Shown: piece by piece, positions 9,098 to 18,315 of the stretch
Numbering within the stretch: position 1 is the first letter of the stretch
How the letters are laid out: every line of letters begins with the position of its first letter
DNA from: a virus
Taxonomy: Duplodnaviria > Caudoviricetes
DNA length: 56,634 nucleotides
Virus record (IMG/VR): IMGVR_UViG_3300025655_000043
Coordinates: 1 to 56,634 of that record
Direction: 5' to 3' (one strand)
Notes under the pieces: model-generated
Told to the model about the DNA's origin: nothing
Seen by the model: the letters and a program-made list of their open reading frames with translations, nothing else
Database searches by the model: none
Translations under genes and position numbers: made by a program

Positions 9098-9807
9098 GCA
9101 AGTCGTTCAAATATGTCTCAGACTTCGAGTTCCCCAGTGAAGCTGGTTACACCGGCTCCGCAGGGAAAACGATGGTCAAGGGTTACGCACGCGGCGGCAA
9201 GGCTGACGTTGCGCAGGACAAAGCAATGGTGAAAGCTGCCGTGCACAAACACGAAAAGTCGATGCACAAAGGCGAGCCGCTCACCAAACTATCTCACGGC
9301 GGCAAATACCGTGAAGGCGGCAAGATCAAAGACACAATTCGCAATGAGCGCGAGGAAATGTCTAGGATCAAACAGGAAACCCGCAGCGAACGCAAGGATG
9401 CTGGTGAAGAAATGTCTCGCGTGCGCAAAGAGATGCGCTACGACGAGGCAAAGATGAAAAACGACCGCCCTATGCGCAAACAATACCCTGTCGATCGTCG
9501 CGAACCGATGATCGCAATGAAAAGCGGCGGCATGATCAAAAACCGTGGCACGCTTGGCGTTGACAACAACAAAAATCCTGGCGAGACCAAGAAGCACACC
9601 GCTCCGGATCTTCCGCGCCCCAAGACCATGATGGCTAAGGGCGGCATGACCCCGAAGCAGGAAGCCAAAGTCGGACGGGTGATGGGTGAGTTCAAGGAAG
9701 GCAAGCTGCATTCTGGCAGCAAGTCTGGTCCAGAGGTAACAAACCGCAAGCAAGCTGTGGCAATCGCGCTGAACGAGGCAAGGAACATGGGCAAAAAGAA
9801 GAAATGA
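9094..9807 (+). CDS. Basic putative capsid-internal protein, 237 aa, five phi-x-x-GG motifs and C-terminal DUF6496-like module
   Basis: YARGG, LSHGG, YREGG, MKSGG, MAKGG; C-terminus KVGRVMGEFKEGKLHSG...KQAVAIALNEAR recalls DUF6496. Confidence 0.75.
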   Translation: MSKSFKYVSDFEFPSEAGYTGSAGKTMVKGYARGGKADVAQDKAMVKAAVHKHEKSMHKGEPLTKLSHGGKYREGGKIKDTIRNEREEMSRIKQETRSERKDAGEEMSRVRKEMRYDEAKMKNDRPMRKQYPVDRREPMIAMKSGGMIKNRGTLGVDNNKNPGETKKHTAPDLPRPKTMMAKGGMTPKQEAKVGRVMGEFKEGKLHSGSKSGPEVTNRKQAVAIALNEARNMGKKKK

Positions 9808-9808
9808 C

Positions 9809-9837
9809 TTGTTATTTCTTCAAAAATGTACCATAAT
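9809..9837 (+). promoter_or_regulatory. Sigma70-like promoter TTGTTA-N17-CATAAT
   Basis: Consensus-like boxes, 17-bp spacer, AT-rich intergenic gap. Confidence 0.65.
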
Positions 9838-9899
9838 TAAGTGTAAACAAAGAGGGCTAGCTGTACCAGCAGCCATATCTGACCATAGATGGAGTTGGA

Positions 9900-10889
9900 A
9901 TGGCGTACTCTGGTGAAATAGGCAACACCACGTTCAATGCGCTGAAGGTCGTAGATCACGCCTTCAGGCGTTGTCGTCTGCCTGCGCAAGCCATTACAGC
10001 AGAAATGCATGACTATGCGGTCGACACTCTCAACACGACTTTAGCAGAACTTGCTAGCGTGAAAACGCCTAGCTGGTGCATCGAGAAAATCATCCTCCCG
10101 ATGTACGAAAATCAACCCGTTGTGACGCTTCCTGAAGGAACGGTCAGCGTGTTGAACTTGAACTACCGCATTCTTCAGCTTTTGAGTGGCGCGACCACCA
10201 CTGCTGGCAACTTGTATCAGGTTTCTTTTACCACCTCGACTGTCGTAGACACGATCGGCATCAAGTGGTCTGGCACTGCGGTGCCGGTTCACTTCCAAGT
10301 CAGCACGAACGGCTCGACCTTCACAACTGTCGGCTCTTCGAGCGCAACGGCTTCAGCCGGTGAGATCACTTGGACAGACATCAGTGGTGCGTTGGCTTAT
10401 CCGTACTTCAGGATCTACACTCAAGACCCGAACGATGTTTTGAGTTACTCTTCGATCACGCTCGGCAACATGCCGCAAGAGATTCCTCTCGGTCAGCTGA
10501 ACCGTGACGGCTACGTGAATCAGTCGAACAAAGTGTTTCCTGGTCGTCCGAGCAACTACTACTTCCAGCGCGACCTGCCAGAGCCAATCGTGCGCATCTG
10601 GCCTGCGCCATTTTCAGCCGCTGAACAAGCGCAACTGGTGTTGTGGCGTCACCGGCAGATCATGAGCAACTCCAACTTGCAACAAGATGTGGAAATCCCC
10701 GCTCGCTGGTTGGAAGCGATAATCAACACACTCGCGGCACGCGTAGCGGCAGAAACGCCACAGGTCGACCCGACCATCATGGCTGTTTTGGAGCAGAAGT
10801 CTGCTATCAGCATGCAGCGTGCTTGGGACGGTGACAACGATGGATCTCCGATTCAGATCAATCCTGGCATCGCGGCGTACACAGCATGA
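9900..10889 (+). CDS. Putative head-tail adaptor with inserted beta domain, 329 aa
   Basis: Helical N- and C-termini (AFRRC..., GRPSNYYFQR..RIWPAP, IPARWLEAI) typical of adaptor/tail tubular A-like proteins. Confidence 0.6.
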   Translation: MAYSGEIGNTTFNALKVVDHAFRRCRLPAQAITAEMHDYAVDTLNTTLAELASVKTPSWCIEKIILPMYENQPVVTLPEGTVSVLNLNYRILQLLSGATTTAGNLYQVSFTTSTVVDTIGIKWSGTAVPVHFQVSTNGSTFTTVGSSSATASAGEITWTDISGALAYPYFRIYTQDPNDVLSYSSITLGNMPQEIPLGQLNRDGYVNQSNKVFPGRPSNYYFQRDLPEPIVRIWPAPFSAAEQAQLVLWRHRQIMSNSNLQQDVEIPARWLEAIINTLAARVAAETPQVDPTIMAVLEQKSAISMQRAWDGDNDGSPIQINPGIAAYTA

Positions 10890-11194
10890 GCAACGCACTC
10901 TACTTAGATCCAACAGGTCAAACAACCTATGGCATCGGTATTTGCGGTCGTTGTTCGCGCAAGATGTTCTTGTCTGACTTGCAGCCCGACCCAAACTACC
11001 CAGGACTGATGGTTTGCGAAGCAGACCGCGACCAGTACGATCCTTATCGACTCGCTCCTCGTGCGCCCGACAAGATTGTGTTGCCCTTCAACCGTCCAGA
11101 CACGCCAATCAACACGCGCCCAGCGGGTTTGATTCAGGAAGCTGGCAATGAGTTCATCATCACAGAAGATGGTGACGGATATTTGGAGATTTGA
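10886..11194 (+). CDS. Small Cys-containing tail-module protein, 102 aa
   Basis: ICGRC...VCEADRD putative metal site; coupled to upstream gene. Confidence 0.7.
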   Translation: MSNALYLDPTGQTTYGIGICGRCSRKMFLSDLQPDPNYPGLMVCEADRDQYDPYRLAPRAPDKIVLPFNRPDTPINTRPAGLIQEAGNEFIITEDGDGYLEI

Positions 11195-11197
11195 CGC

Positions 11198-14100
11198 ATG
11201 TCTGACGTTCCGAGCAATTTGATCCCGACCCGCGTCACTCAACTTCCGACTGCGCCGGTTGCGGACGAAAACTCCCTGATGATGATTGTCTATCAGGGCA
11301 ACAACTACCAGATCCGAGTCGGCGACCTGCTTAGCGTCGCTGGCGTGCCGACTTCACGGCAAGTCATCGCTGGAACTGGTCTCACGGGCGGAGGCGCACT
11401 CAGCAGCAACGTGACCTTGAGCGTCGCCAACGGCGGCATCGGCACGACCCAGTTGGCTGCTAGCGGTGTCACCCCTGGAACTTACGGCGACGCCACCAAC
11501 ATCCCTGTGTTCATCGTTGATTCGACTGGGCGCGTGACGGCAGCGACAACTGTCCCTGCTTCTGGGGGCGGCGGCGTCCCAACAACCCGTGAAGTCATTG
11601 CCGGAACCGGCTTGAACGGTGGCGGTGCGCTCAGTTCCAATGTCACGTTGAACGCCAACCTTTCCAGCGCAACTCCGCAATCGTTGGATGGAACTGGTTC
11701 GGCTGGCGTTTCGAACGACATCTCGCGCGCTGATCACACGCACCCCGCTGTCGATCTTGCTGATCAAACTCAAGTCGACGGCATCCTCCCCGTGGACCAA
11801 GGCGGCACGTCACGCAGCCTCGTGCCGGATGAAGGTGCGATCGTTTGGTCTGGTGCAGACGGTCTTTACATTGGTCCAGCTGGCGTCGCCGGTCAGGTTC
11901 TGCTTTCTGGCGGCATTGGCGAATACACTTGGTCGGATCAAGATCAACTCGACGTTGGTCAAGCAGACAACATCAATGGCGGAACGGCCAACCAATTGGT
12001 TGTTCAAACCGCAGCAGACACAACAGGTTTCGTGCCTGCGCCGACTCTTGGCAACACCGTTCTCTATTGGAACGGAACGGACATCGTTTGGGGTTCGGTT
12101 CCTGGCACTGGCACTGTCGTTTCAGTTGGTTTGGCGCTTCCTTCTGAATTCACCGTGACCGGTTCTCCGGTGACAACTTCTGGGACGTTGACGGGTGACT
12201 GGGCAGCGCAAAACCCGAACATCGTTTTTGCTGGTCCTGGAACGGGTGCAACGGCTGCAACACCAACATTCCGCTCTTTGAACAACACAGACATTCCTTC
12301 GGCTTTGTCTGGGAAAACAATCGACAACAGCCCGATCGGCAGCTTGAATCCTTCTACAGGTGTTTTCACGACTGTTGACGCGACCGATGTTTCTGCTTCT
12401 TTGGTGGATGCGACAAACGTCGAAACCTCGAACATCAAAGCCAAAGACGGCACCGCGTCCGCCACGATTGCAGACACGACCGGTGTGATGACGATCGCGT
12501 CCTCCGTGCTTACCACCACCGACATCAACGGCGGCAACATTGACAACACCGTCATCGGCGCAACAACGCCAGTGGCCGGTTCGTTCACCAACATCGCTGG
12601 TGAGCGCATCGACATGGACACAACGCCTCCAGCGCAAACTGACGCTGAAGGTCGGATGTATTGGAACAGTGACGACAACGCCAAGACTCTCAACATCGGC
12701 ATGGCCGGTGGAGCGGTGGTGCAACAAGTCGGTCAGGAAACCTATTACCGCGTCAAAGCGTCCGCAGCAATCACCAACGGTCAAACGGTCATGTTCACGG
12801 GCACCGTCGGTGCCAGCGGAGGGTTGTTGGCTGCGCCAGCGAACGGATTGACCGATGCGACAGCAACTTACTTCATGGGCGTTGCCACAGAAGACATCGC
12901 GTTGAACGGTTGGGGATACATCACGCACTTCGGCGTCGTGCGTGGCATCAACACGACTGGTGGCGCAGAAGCGTGGGTTGACGGGCAGATCCTTTATTAC
13001 AACCCAGCAGTTCCTGGCGGTCTTACCAAGAACGTGCCTGCTGCACCGGCGGCAAAGATCGAAGTCGCGGCGGTCATTTATGCAGCAGCCAACGGCTCTC
13101 TTTTCGTCAGACCGGTCATCGGATATTCTCTCGAAGACTTGAACGACGTTGAGACCGCATCGCCTTCGAACAACGACGTCCTCATCTATTCAACAAACAA
13201 ATGGACGCACGTGCCGCAGTCCAATTTGAATGTGAGCACGGCGACCACGGCAACCAATATCGCTGGCGGTGCGGCAGGCTCGATCCCTTATCAGACCGGT
13301 AGTGGTTCAACATCGTTGCTCGCGACAGGTTCTGGCGTTTTGATCGGCGGCACGACACCTAGTTACAGCACGACCCCGACCCTGACCGGCACGAACTTCA
13401 GTGCGATTCCGAACGCGGCTCTGACCAACAGTTCGGTCACCATCGGCTCCACAAGCGTGGCGCTGGGCGCAACAGCTTCTTCGCTCGCTGGTCTTTCCTC
13501 GGTCACATTGACCGGTGACCCCACGACAGCTTTGCAGGCTGCAACAAAGCAGTACGTAGACACTTTGGCGGCTAGCGGGATTCATTTCCACGACCCTGTT
13601 CGGGTAGAGTCTCCAAATACTGCTGGCAATTTGAACGCCACGTATAACAATGGGGCTTCGGGCGTTGGAGCGACGCTGACCAATGCTGGGGCGCAAACTG
13701 CGCTGGTCATTGACGGTGTAACGCTGAACACCAACGATCGCGTACTGATCTACAACCAGACCAATCAGTACGAAAACGGTGTTTACACGGTCACTGACAC
13801 AGGCTCAGGCTCCACCAACTGGGTGCTGACTCGGGCGACAGACGCAGACACTTATGCCCCATTCAGCCCAAATTCTCTAGGACAAGGCGACGCATTTTTC
13901 GTCACCTCAGGCAACACCGGCGCTGGTGAAACTTACATCTGCAACACCGTAGGCACGATCATTTTCGGCACCACCGCGATCACGTTTGCGCAAGTTTCTT
14001 CCGCGCAAGTGTACACCGCTGGCACAGGGTTAACCCTGACCGGAACGCAATTCTCGTTGACCACTCCGGTTGTCGCGACCAATGGCGGCACAGGCATCAG

Positions 14101-14602
14101 CGGGTACGCGGTTGGTGATTTGATTTTCGCCAACACGACCACAACATTAGATCGGCTGACTGTTGGCGCGGCCAATCGCATCCTCACCTCCAACGGGACG
14201 GCTCCTGGGTGGACAGATCCAGCCAGCGTCACTGTTGGGATCGCAACGACGGCTGGTTCAGTGACCAACTCGGTTACTTTCAACACCACCGGCGGCGCAG
14301 CAGCTGGCACCGCTTATAACGGCTCGGCAGCTTACACGATCGACTACAGCACCGTTGGTGCTCCTAAAGCTGACGGCACGGGTGCTTCTGGCACTTGGAA
14401 CATCAACATCAGCGGCACAGCGGCAACCGCCACCAGCGCGACAACAGCGACAAACCTCGCAGGTGGTTCGGCGAGCCAAATTCCTTACCAAACAGGCGGC
14501 GGTGCAACGAGTTTCATCGCCAATGGAACCGCTGGTCAGGTTCTCTTGTCGAACGGCAGCAGCGCGCCAAGCTGGGGCGGAATGGACGGAGGGACGTTCT
14601 GA
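11198..14602 (+). CDS. Long tail fibre protein, 1,134 aa
   Basis: Gly/Thr-rich fibre repeats (AGTGLTGGG x2, AATKQYVD, DRVLI.NQTNQYENGVY, TATNLAGG..IPYQTG x2); ends DGGTF. Confidence 0.85.
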   Translation: MSDVPSNLIPTRVTQLPTAPVADENSLMMIVYQGNNYQIRVGDLLSVAGVPTSRQVIAGTGLTGGGALSSNVTLSVANGGIGTTQLAASGVTPGTYGDATNIPVFIVDSTGRVTAATTVPASGGGGVPTTREVIAGTGLNGGGALSSNVTLNANLSSATPQSLDGTGSAGVSNDISRADHTHPAVDLADQTQVDGILPVDQGGTSRSLVPDEGAIVWSGADGLYIGPAGVAGQVLLSGGIGEYTWSDQDQLDVGQADNINGGTANQLVVQTAADTTGFVPAPTLGNTVLYWNGTDIVWGSVPGTGTVVSVGLALPSEFTVTGSPVTTSGTLTGDWAAQNPNIVFAGPGTGATAATPTFRSLNNTDIPSALSGKTIDNSPIGSLNPSTGVFTTVDATDVSASLVDATNVETSNIKAKDGTASATIADTTGVMTIASSVLTTTDINGGNIDNTVIGATTPVAGSFTNIAGERIDMDTTPPAQTDAEGRMYWNSDDNAKTLNIGMAGGAVVQQVGQETYYRVKASAAITNGQTVMFTGTVGASGGLLAAPANGLTDATATYFMGVATEDIALNGWGYITHFGVVRGINTTGGAEAWVDGQILYYNPAVPGGLTKNVPAAPAAKIEVAAVIYAAANGSLFVRPVIGYSLEDLNDVETASPSNNDVLIYSTNKWTHVPQSNLNVSTATTATNIAGGAAGSIPYQTGSGSTSLLATGSGVLIGGTTPSYSTTPTLTGTNFSAIPNAALTNSSVTIGSTSVALGATASSLAGLSSVTLTGDPTTALQAATKQYVDTLAASGIHFHDPVRVESPNTAGNLNATYNNGASGVGATLTNAGAQTALVIDGVTLNTNDRVLIYNQTNQYENGVYTVTDTGSGSTNWVLTRATDADTYAPFSPNSLGQGDAFFVTSGNTGAGETYICNTVGTIIFGTTAITFAQVSSAQVYTAGTGLTLTGTQFSLTTPVVATNGGTGISGYAVGDLIFANTTTTLDRLTVGAANRILTSNGTAPGWTDPASVTVGIATTAGSVTNSVTFNTTGGAAAGTAYNGSAAYTIDYSTVGAPKADGTGASGTWNINISGTAATATSATTATNLAGGSASQIPYQTGGGATSFIANGTAGQVLLSNGSSAPSWGGMDGGTF

Positions 14603-14613
14603 TGAATCAATCG

Positions 14614-14642
14614 TTGCCTTGTAGTGAACTTGAAGGCATAAT
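14614..14642 (+). promoter_or_regulatory. Sigma70-like promoter TTGCCT-N17-CATAAT heading the distal fibre cassette
   Basis: Near-consensus boxes, 17-bp spacer. Confidence 0.7.
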
Positions 14643-14672
14643 GTTTCTTAACTCAAGAAAGAGGTAACAGCA

Positions 14673-14990
14673 ATGGCACAGACAGGCTACACACCGATTC
14701 AGCTGTACCGCAGCACGACCGCGAGTGCGGTGCCTTCTGCGGCCAACCTGAATCCTGGTGAACTCGCAATCAACATAAACGACGCCGATATGGCTTTGTA
14801 CGCTGAAAATGCGTCTGGCACAGTCAAGCGCATCATCAACAATCCTGCTGGGTTGAAATACCCGACAGCAGATGGATCAAACGGCCAAGTAATCAGCACC
14901 GACGGTTCTGGGAACTTGACATTCTCAACACCGTCAGCTGGTGTGACAACCGGCAAGGCCATCGCCATGGCCATGATCTTTGGATTCTAA
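14673..14990 (+). CDS. Tail-fibre accessory protein, 105 aa
   Basis: PSAANLNPGELAIN..D..LY and PTADGSNGQV.STDGSGNLTF fibre motifs. Confidence 0.7.
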   Translation: MAQTGYTPIQLYRSTTASAVPSAANLNPGELAININDADMALYAENASGTVKRIINNPAGLKYPTADGSNGQVISTDGSGNLTFSTPSAGVTTGKAIAMAMIFGF

Positions 14991-15002
14991 GGAGCTAACG
15001 AA

Positions 15003-15374
15003 ATGGCCAACCCGAATATCGTCAACGTAACCTCGATTTACGGCAACACGTCGTATCTCATCCCCACGACAACCAGCGCAACAACTTGGACCGCACTGAC
15101 GCCTGCAAGCGGCACTGTCAACAAGGTCAACAACATCGTCGCCTCGAACGTAACAGGCTCTGCTGTGGCGGTGACTGTTTCGGTCAATAGCGCGACTGGC
15201 GGTGGCGGAACGGCGTATCGAATCGCTTACCAGATCAGCGTTCCTGCGAACGCTTCGTTGATCATCGTCGACAAGACGACTTCCATCTACGTTGGTGAGT
15301 CGCAGTCTGTGGTCGCAACTGTTGGAACAGCAAACGCCATCGAACTCACAGCCAGTTACGAAGCACTGACCTGA
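15003..15374 (+). CDS. Tail-associated beta protein, 123 aa
   Basis: AAGGAG SD; beta-strand-rich; within fibre cassette. Confidence 0.75.
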   Translation: MANPNIVNVTSIYGNTSYLIPTTTSATTWTALTPASGTVNKVNNIVASNVTGSAVAVTVSVNSATGGGGTAYRIAYQISVPANASLIIVDKTTSIYVGESQSVVATVGTANAIELTASYEALT

Positions 15375-15389
15375 TAAGGAGTCGCCGCA

Positions 15390-16478
15390 ATGTCGATGCG
15401 CTATCAGGCTGGTATTTTAACAGCTTCGCACTTTCCGCTGAAAACGCCAAGTGCGCCTACAATTGGCGCAGCAACCGTTGGCAATGCTCAAGTTTCGGTT
15501 GCTTTCACCGCGCCTTCTGACATTGGCGGAGGAGCAATCACGTCTTATCAAGTCGTTGTCACGGATTCGTCCAGCGGCGCGGTGTTCACGAACACCGGTG
15601 CATCTTCGCCGATCGTTGTGACGGGTTTGACGAACGGCAACACGTACACCGCAAAAGTCGCGGCAACCAACGCTTTCGGCACTGGCCCTTACAGTTCAAA
15701 CAGCGCGTCATTTAGTCCGCTCACCCAAGGTCAGCAAGCCTACACAACATCCGGAACTTATTCTTGGGTTGCACCGAGTGGTGTGACTAGTGTTTCCGTG
15801 GTTGCTGTTGGCGCAGGAAGCGGAAGGAAGGATTGGAGCAGCGAAGGCAAGGCTGGTGGCGGTGGTGGCGCACTAGCTTACATCAACAACTACACCGTGA
15901 CTCCTGGAAACAGCTATACTGTCATCGTTGGAGGAACAGGATTTTCCAGCAGCGGCGGTGCTTCTACATTCATAAGTTCTGCCGTCTTGTCTGCTGGCGG
16001 AGGCACGATTAGTTCGACTCCATACAACGGAGGCATAGGCGGTGTTGTCATTGCTGGAACAGGATATTCTGGCGGTAACGGTGGAAACGTAGGCGGAGCA
16101 TCTTCTGTTGCTTCTGGTGGCGGCGGCGCAGGCGGTTACGCTGGTGTCGGCGGCAACGGCGCAGGCATCGGCAGCAGCGGTGGAACAGGCGCAGGCGGCG
16201 CAGGCGGCGGCGGTGCCGTCACAGACACACCAACATCTTGGTCTGGAGGGCGAGGCGGCGGCGTCGGCATTCTTGGTCAGGGTTCAAACGGGACAGGCGG
16301 CGTTTTCTACGGCACGAATCCTGGAACGGTTCAAGGCGGCGCAGGCTCTGGAGGCTCTGGACAACTTTACGGTGCGGGCGGAGGCACGACTTCTGCTGAT
16401 GCAGGCGGCGGCGCAGTTCGCATCATCTGGCCCGGAACAAGCCGTTCGTTCCCGAGCACTAACACGGGGGATCTGTGA
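15390..16478 (+). CDS. Fibronectin-III plus glycine-rich domain tail protein, 362 aa
   Basis: PSAPT...VSVAFTAP..GG.AITSY.V...VTGLTNG.TYT..V.ATNA.GTG is FN3; GGG-rich tract closed by GAVRIIW. Confidence 0.8.
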   Translation: MSMRYQAGILTASHFPLKTPSAPTIGAATVGNAQVSVAFTAPSDIGGGAITSYQVVVTDSSSGAVFTNTGASSPIVVTGLTNGNTYTAKVAATNAFGTGPYSSNSASFSPLTQGQQAYTTSGTYSWVAPSGVTSVSVVAVGAGSGRKDWSSEGKAGGGGGALAYINNYTVTPGNSYTVIVGGTGFSSSGGASTFISSAVLSAGGGTISSTPYNGGIGGVVIAGTGYSGGNGGNVGGASSVASGGGGAGGYAGVGGNGAGIGSSGGTGAGGAGGGGAVTDTPTSWSGGRGGGVGILGQGSNGTGGVFYGTNPGTVQGGAGSGGSGQLYGAGGGTTSADAGGGAVRIIWPGTSRSFPSTNTGDL

Positions 16479-17809
16479 TGCCTAATTTCAACGGAATGTG
16501 GACCTCCCGGCAGCAGATGCAGGCACGCGGGACTAATTTGTGGCCCGCAAATCCGGGTGCGCCGACGAGCGTGTCGGCGACGGCGGGTAACGCGCAGGCA
16601 ACGGTGACTTTTACAGCCCCCACTGATGCGGGTTATCCGACAACGCTCACTTATACTGTAACGTCTAGTCCCGGCGGAATCACCGCCACAGGCGCTTCTT
16701 CACCGATTACTGTGACTGGGTTGACGAACTACACGTCGTACACTTTTACAGTTACCGCAACCAATGCTACTGGAACTGGGCCAGCTAGTTCTGCTTCGAG
16801 CGCGGTCACTCCGGCTGCTCCACAGTTGTTAGTTTTCTACACGAGCGCGGGCGGCACTGTTTTGCGAAGTGACACGCTGGCTAATGTGACTTCCACGTAT
16901 ATTAACAGTTCTGCTTCAACTGTCATCTGGGCGGCGAGTCATGAACGTATGTACAAGCCGACACATCAGAACACTTTGATCGGTTACGGAACTTGGGCGG
17001 GCTCGGGCGGCACCACCTGTGCGGTGGCCAACACTAGCACTACACCTTGGACTTGGTACGTCGGTTATTCTGGCATTTCCAATCCTGGCGGCGGAAACGC
17101 TTTTTACCCATACTGTATACCGAACTCTTACGGCGGCACCGTCATCAACAGCACTTCAGACGAAGGTGTTTGTAACACCGTTTCTCGTTCTGAGGTGGGT
17201 GGCTACCCCGCTTCTTTTACGAGTTACGGGCAAAGTGCGGCATTCACTGTGCAAGGTGATTACTGTTACATGTGGAGCAGCGGGGGTCTTTACAAGTACT
17301 TGTTCAACTCCACGACTTTGAGTTTGTCAAGCAGCAATGCTAGCTATACTTGGAACGGTATTGACAGTCCGGTCGCGGCTTCGCCTGACAACTCTCTAAT
17401 CGCTGCTGGCAAGGGCTCCACGGTTTACATTTTCAATTCGTCTTGTTCTCTGGTGACGACCTTGACCAGCTGGCCGATCACGATCACACGCCCCACCTGT
17501 TTGGCTTTTAGCCCTGATGGGCGCTACATTTTGGCCGGAGGTTACACGGCGTCCCAGCCTTTCATGTTCTCGATTGACACTCAGAACTCATACGCCGTGA
17601 CCAACTTGAACGTCCCGACGGCGAGTGGCACCAACAACTACATTCGCGGTATCGCTTGGTATCCAGACAACGACACTTACGCTGTTTCTGGCTATGTAAA
17701 CACGTACAGCCACATTGGTAAACTCAGTTCAGGCGGTTTGACCACTAATTTGTATAGCGGCGGACAAATAACAAGCAGTTCTTGTGGCGTAGCCGTCATA
17801 CCGCTGTGA
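16478..17809 (+). CDS. FN3 plus putative beta-propeller receptor-binding protein, 443 aa
   Basis: N-terminal FN3; C-terminal WD40-like blades (VAASPDNSLIAAG, LAFSPDGRYILAG, IAWYPDND). Confidence 0.75.
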   Translation: MPNFNGMWTSRQQMQARGTNLWPANPGAPTSVSATAGNAQATVTFTAPTDAGYPTTLTYTVTSSPGGITATGASSPITVTGLTNYTSYTFTVTATNATGTGPASSASSAVTPAAPQLLVFYTSAGGTVLRSDTLANVTSTYINSSASTVIWAASHERMYKPTHQNTLIGYGTWAGSGGTTCAVANTSTTPWTWYVGYSGISNPGGGNAFYPYCIPNSYGGTVINSTSDEGVCNTVSRSEVGGYPASFTSYGQSAAFTVQGDYCYMWSSGGLYKYLFNSTTLSLSSSNASYTWNGIDSPVAASPDNSLIAAGKGSTVYIFNSSCSLVTTLTSWPITITRPTCLAFSPDGRYILAGGYTASQPFMFSIDTQNSYAVTNLNVPTASGTNNYIRGIAWYPDNDTYAVSGYVNTYSHIGKLSSGGLTTNLYSGGQITSSSCGVAVIPL

Positions 17810-17838
17810 AATCGGAAATCTGCAAAGGAGAAAACCAA

Positions 17839-18315
17839 GTGGAACTTTTTATTCGTATCAAAGATGGTGAGCCGTTTCAGCACCCTATCTTCGGTGACAA
17901 TTTCCGACAGGCTTTCCCGGACGTTGACGTCAATAACTTGCCCGCCGGTTACATGCGTTTCATTCGTAAAGAACCCCCACAACTTGGCCCGTATCGCAAA
18001 AACCTACGTGCCAAATATGTCGTCATGGGTGAATACTGCACGGATGAGTTCGTTTGGGATGAAATGACCGATGAAGAGCGCAAAGCGTTGCAAGAAGCTG
18101 TTAAAGCCGAATGGGCTTCCAACAACGGTTTTGCATCATGGTGGTTTGACGAACTCACTTGTCGGTTCATGCCTCCGACACCTATGCCTGACCCGACCAA
18201 ACCTTATGTGTGGAGAGAGTCTGATCAGACTTGGGTTTTGATCCCCCCTCAACCAGAACCTTCGGTTGAAGGTTGGGAGTTTGACGTTGAATCTGAGGCC
18301 TGGAGAAAAGTATGA
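17839..18315 (+). CDS. Putative tail-fibre assembly chaperone, 158 aa
   Basis: GTG after AAGGAG; C-terminal PPTPMP...YVWRE...W pattern; sits among fibre genes. Confidence 0.6.
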   Translation: MELFIRIKDGEPFQHPIFGDNFRQAFPDVDVNNLPAGYMRFIRKEPPQLGPYRKNLRAKYVVMGEYCTDEFVWDEMTDEERKALQEAVKAEWASNNGFASWWFDELTCRFMPPTPMPDPTKPYVWRESDQTWVLIPPQPEPSVEGWEFDVESEAWRKV

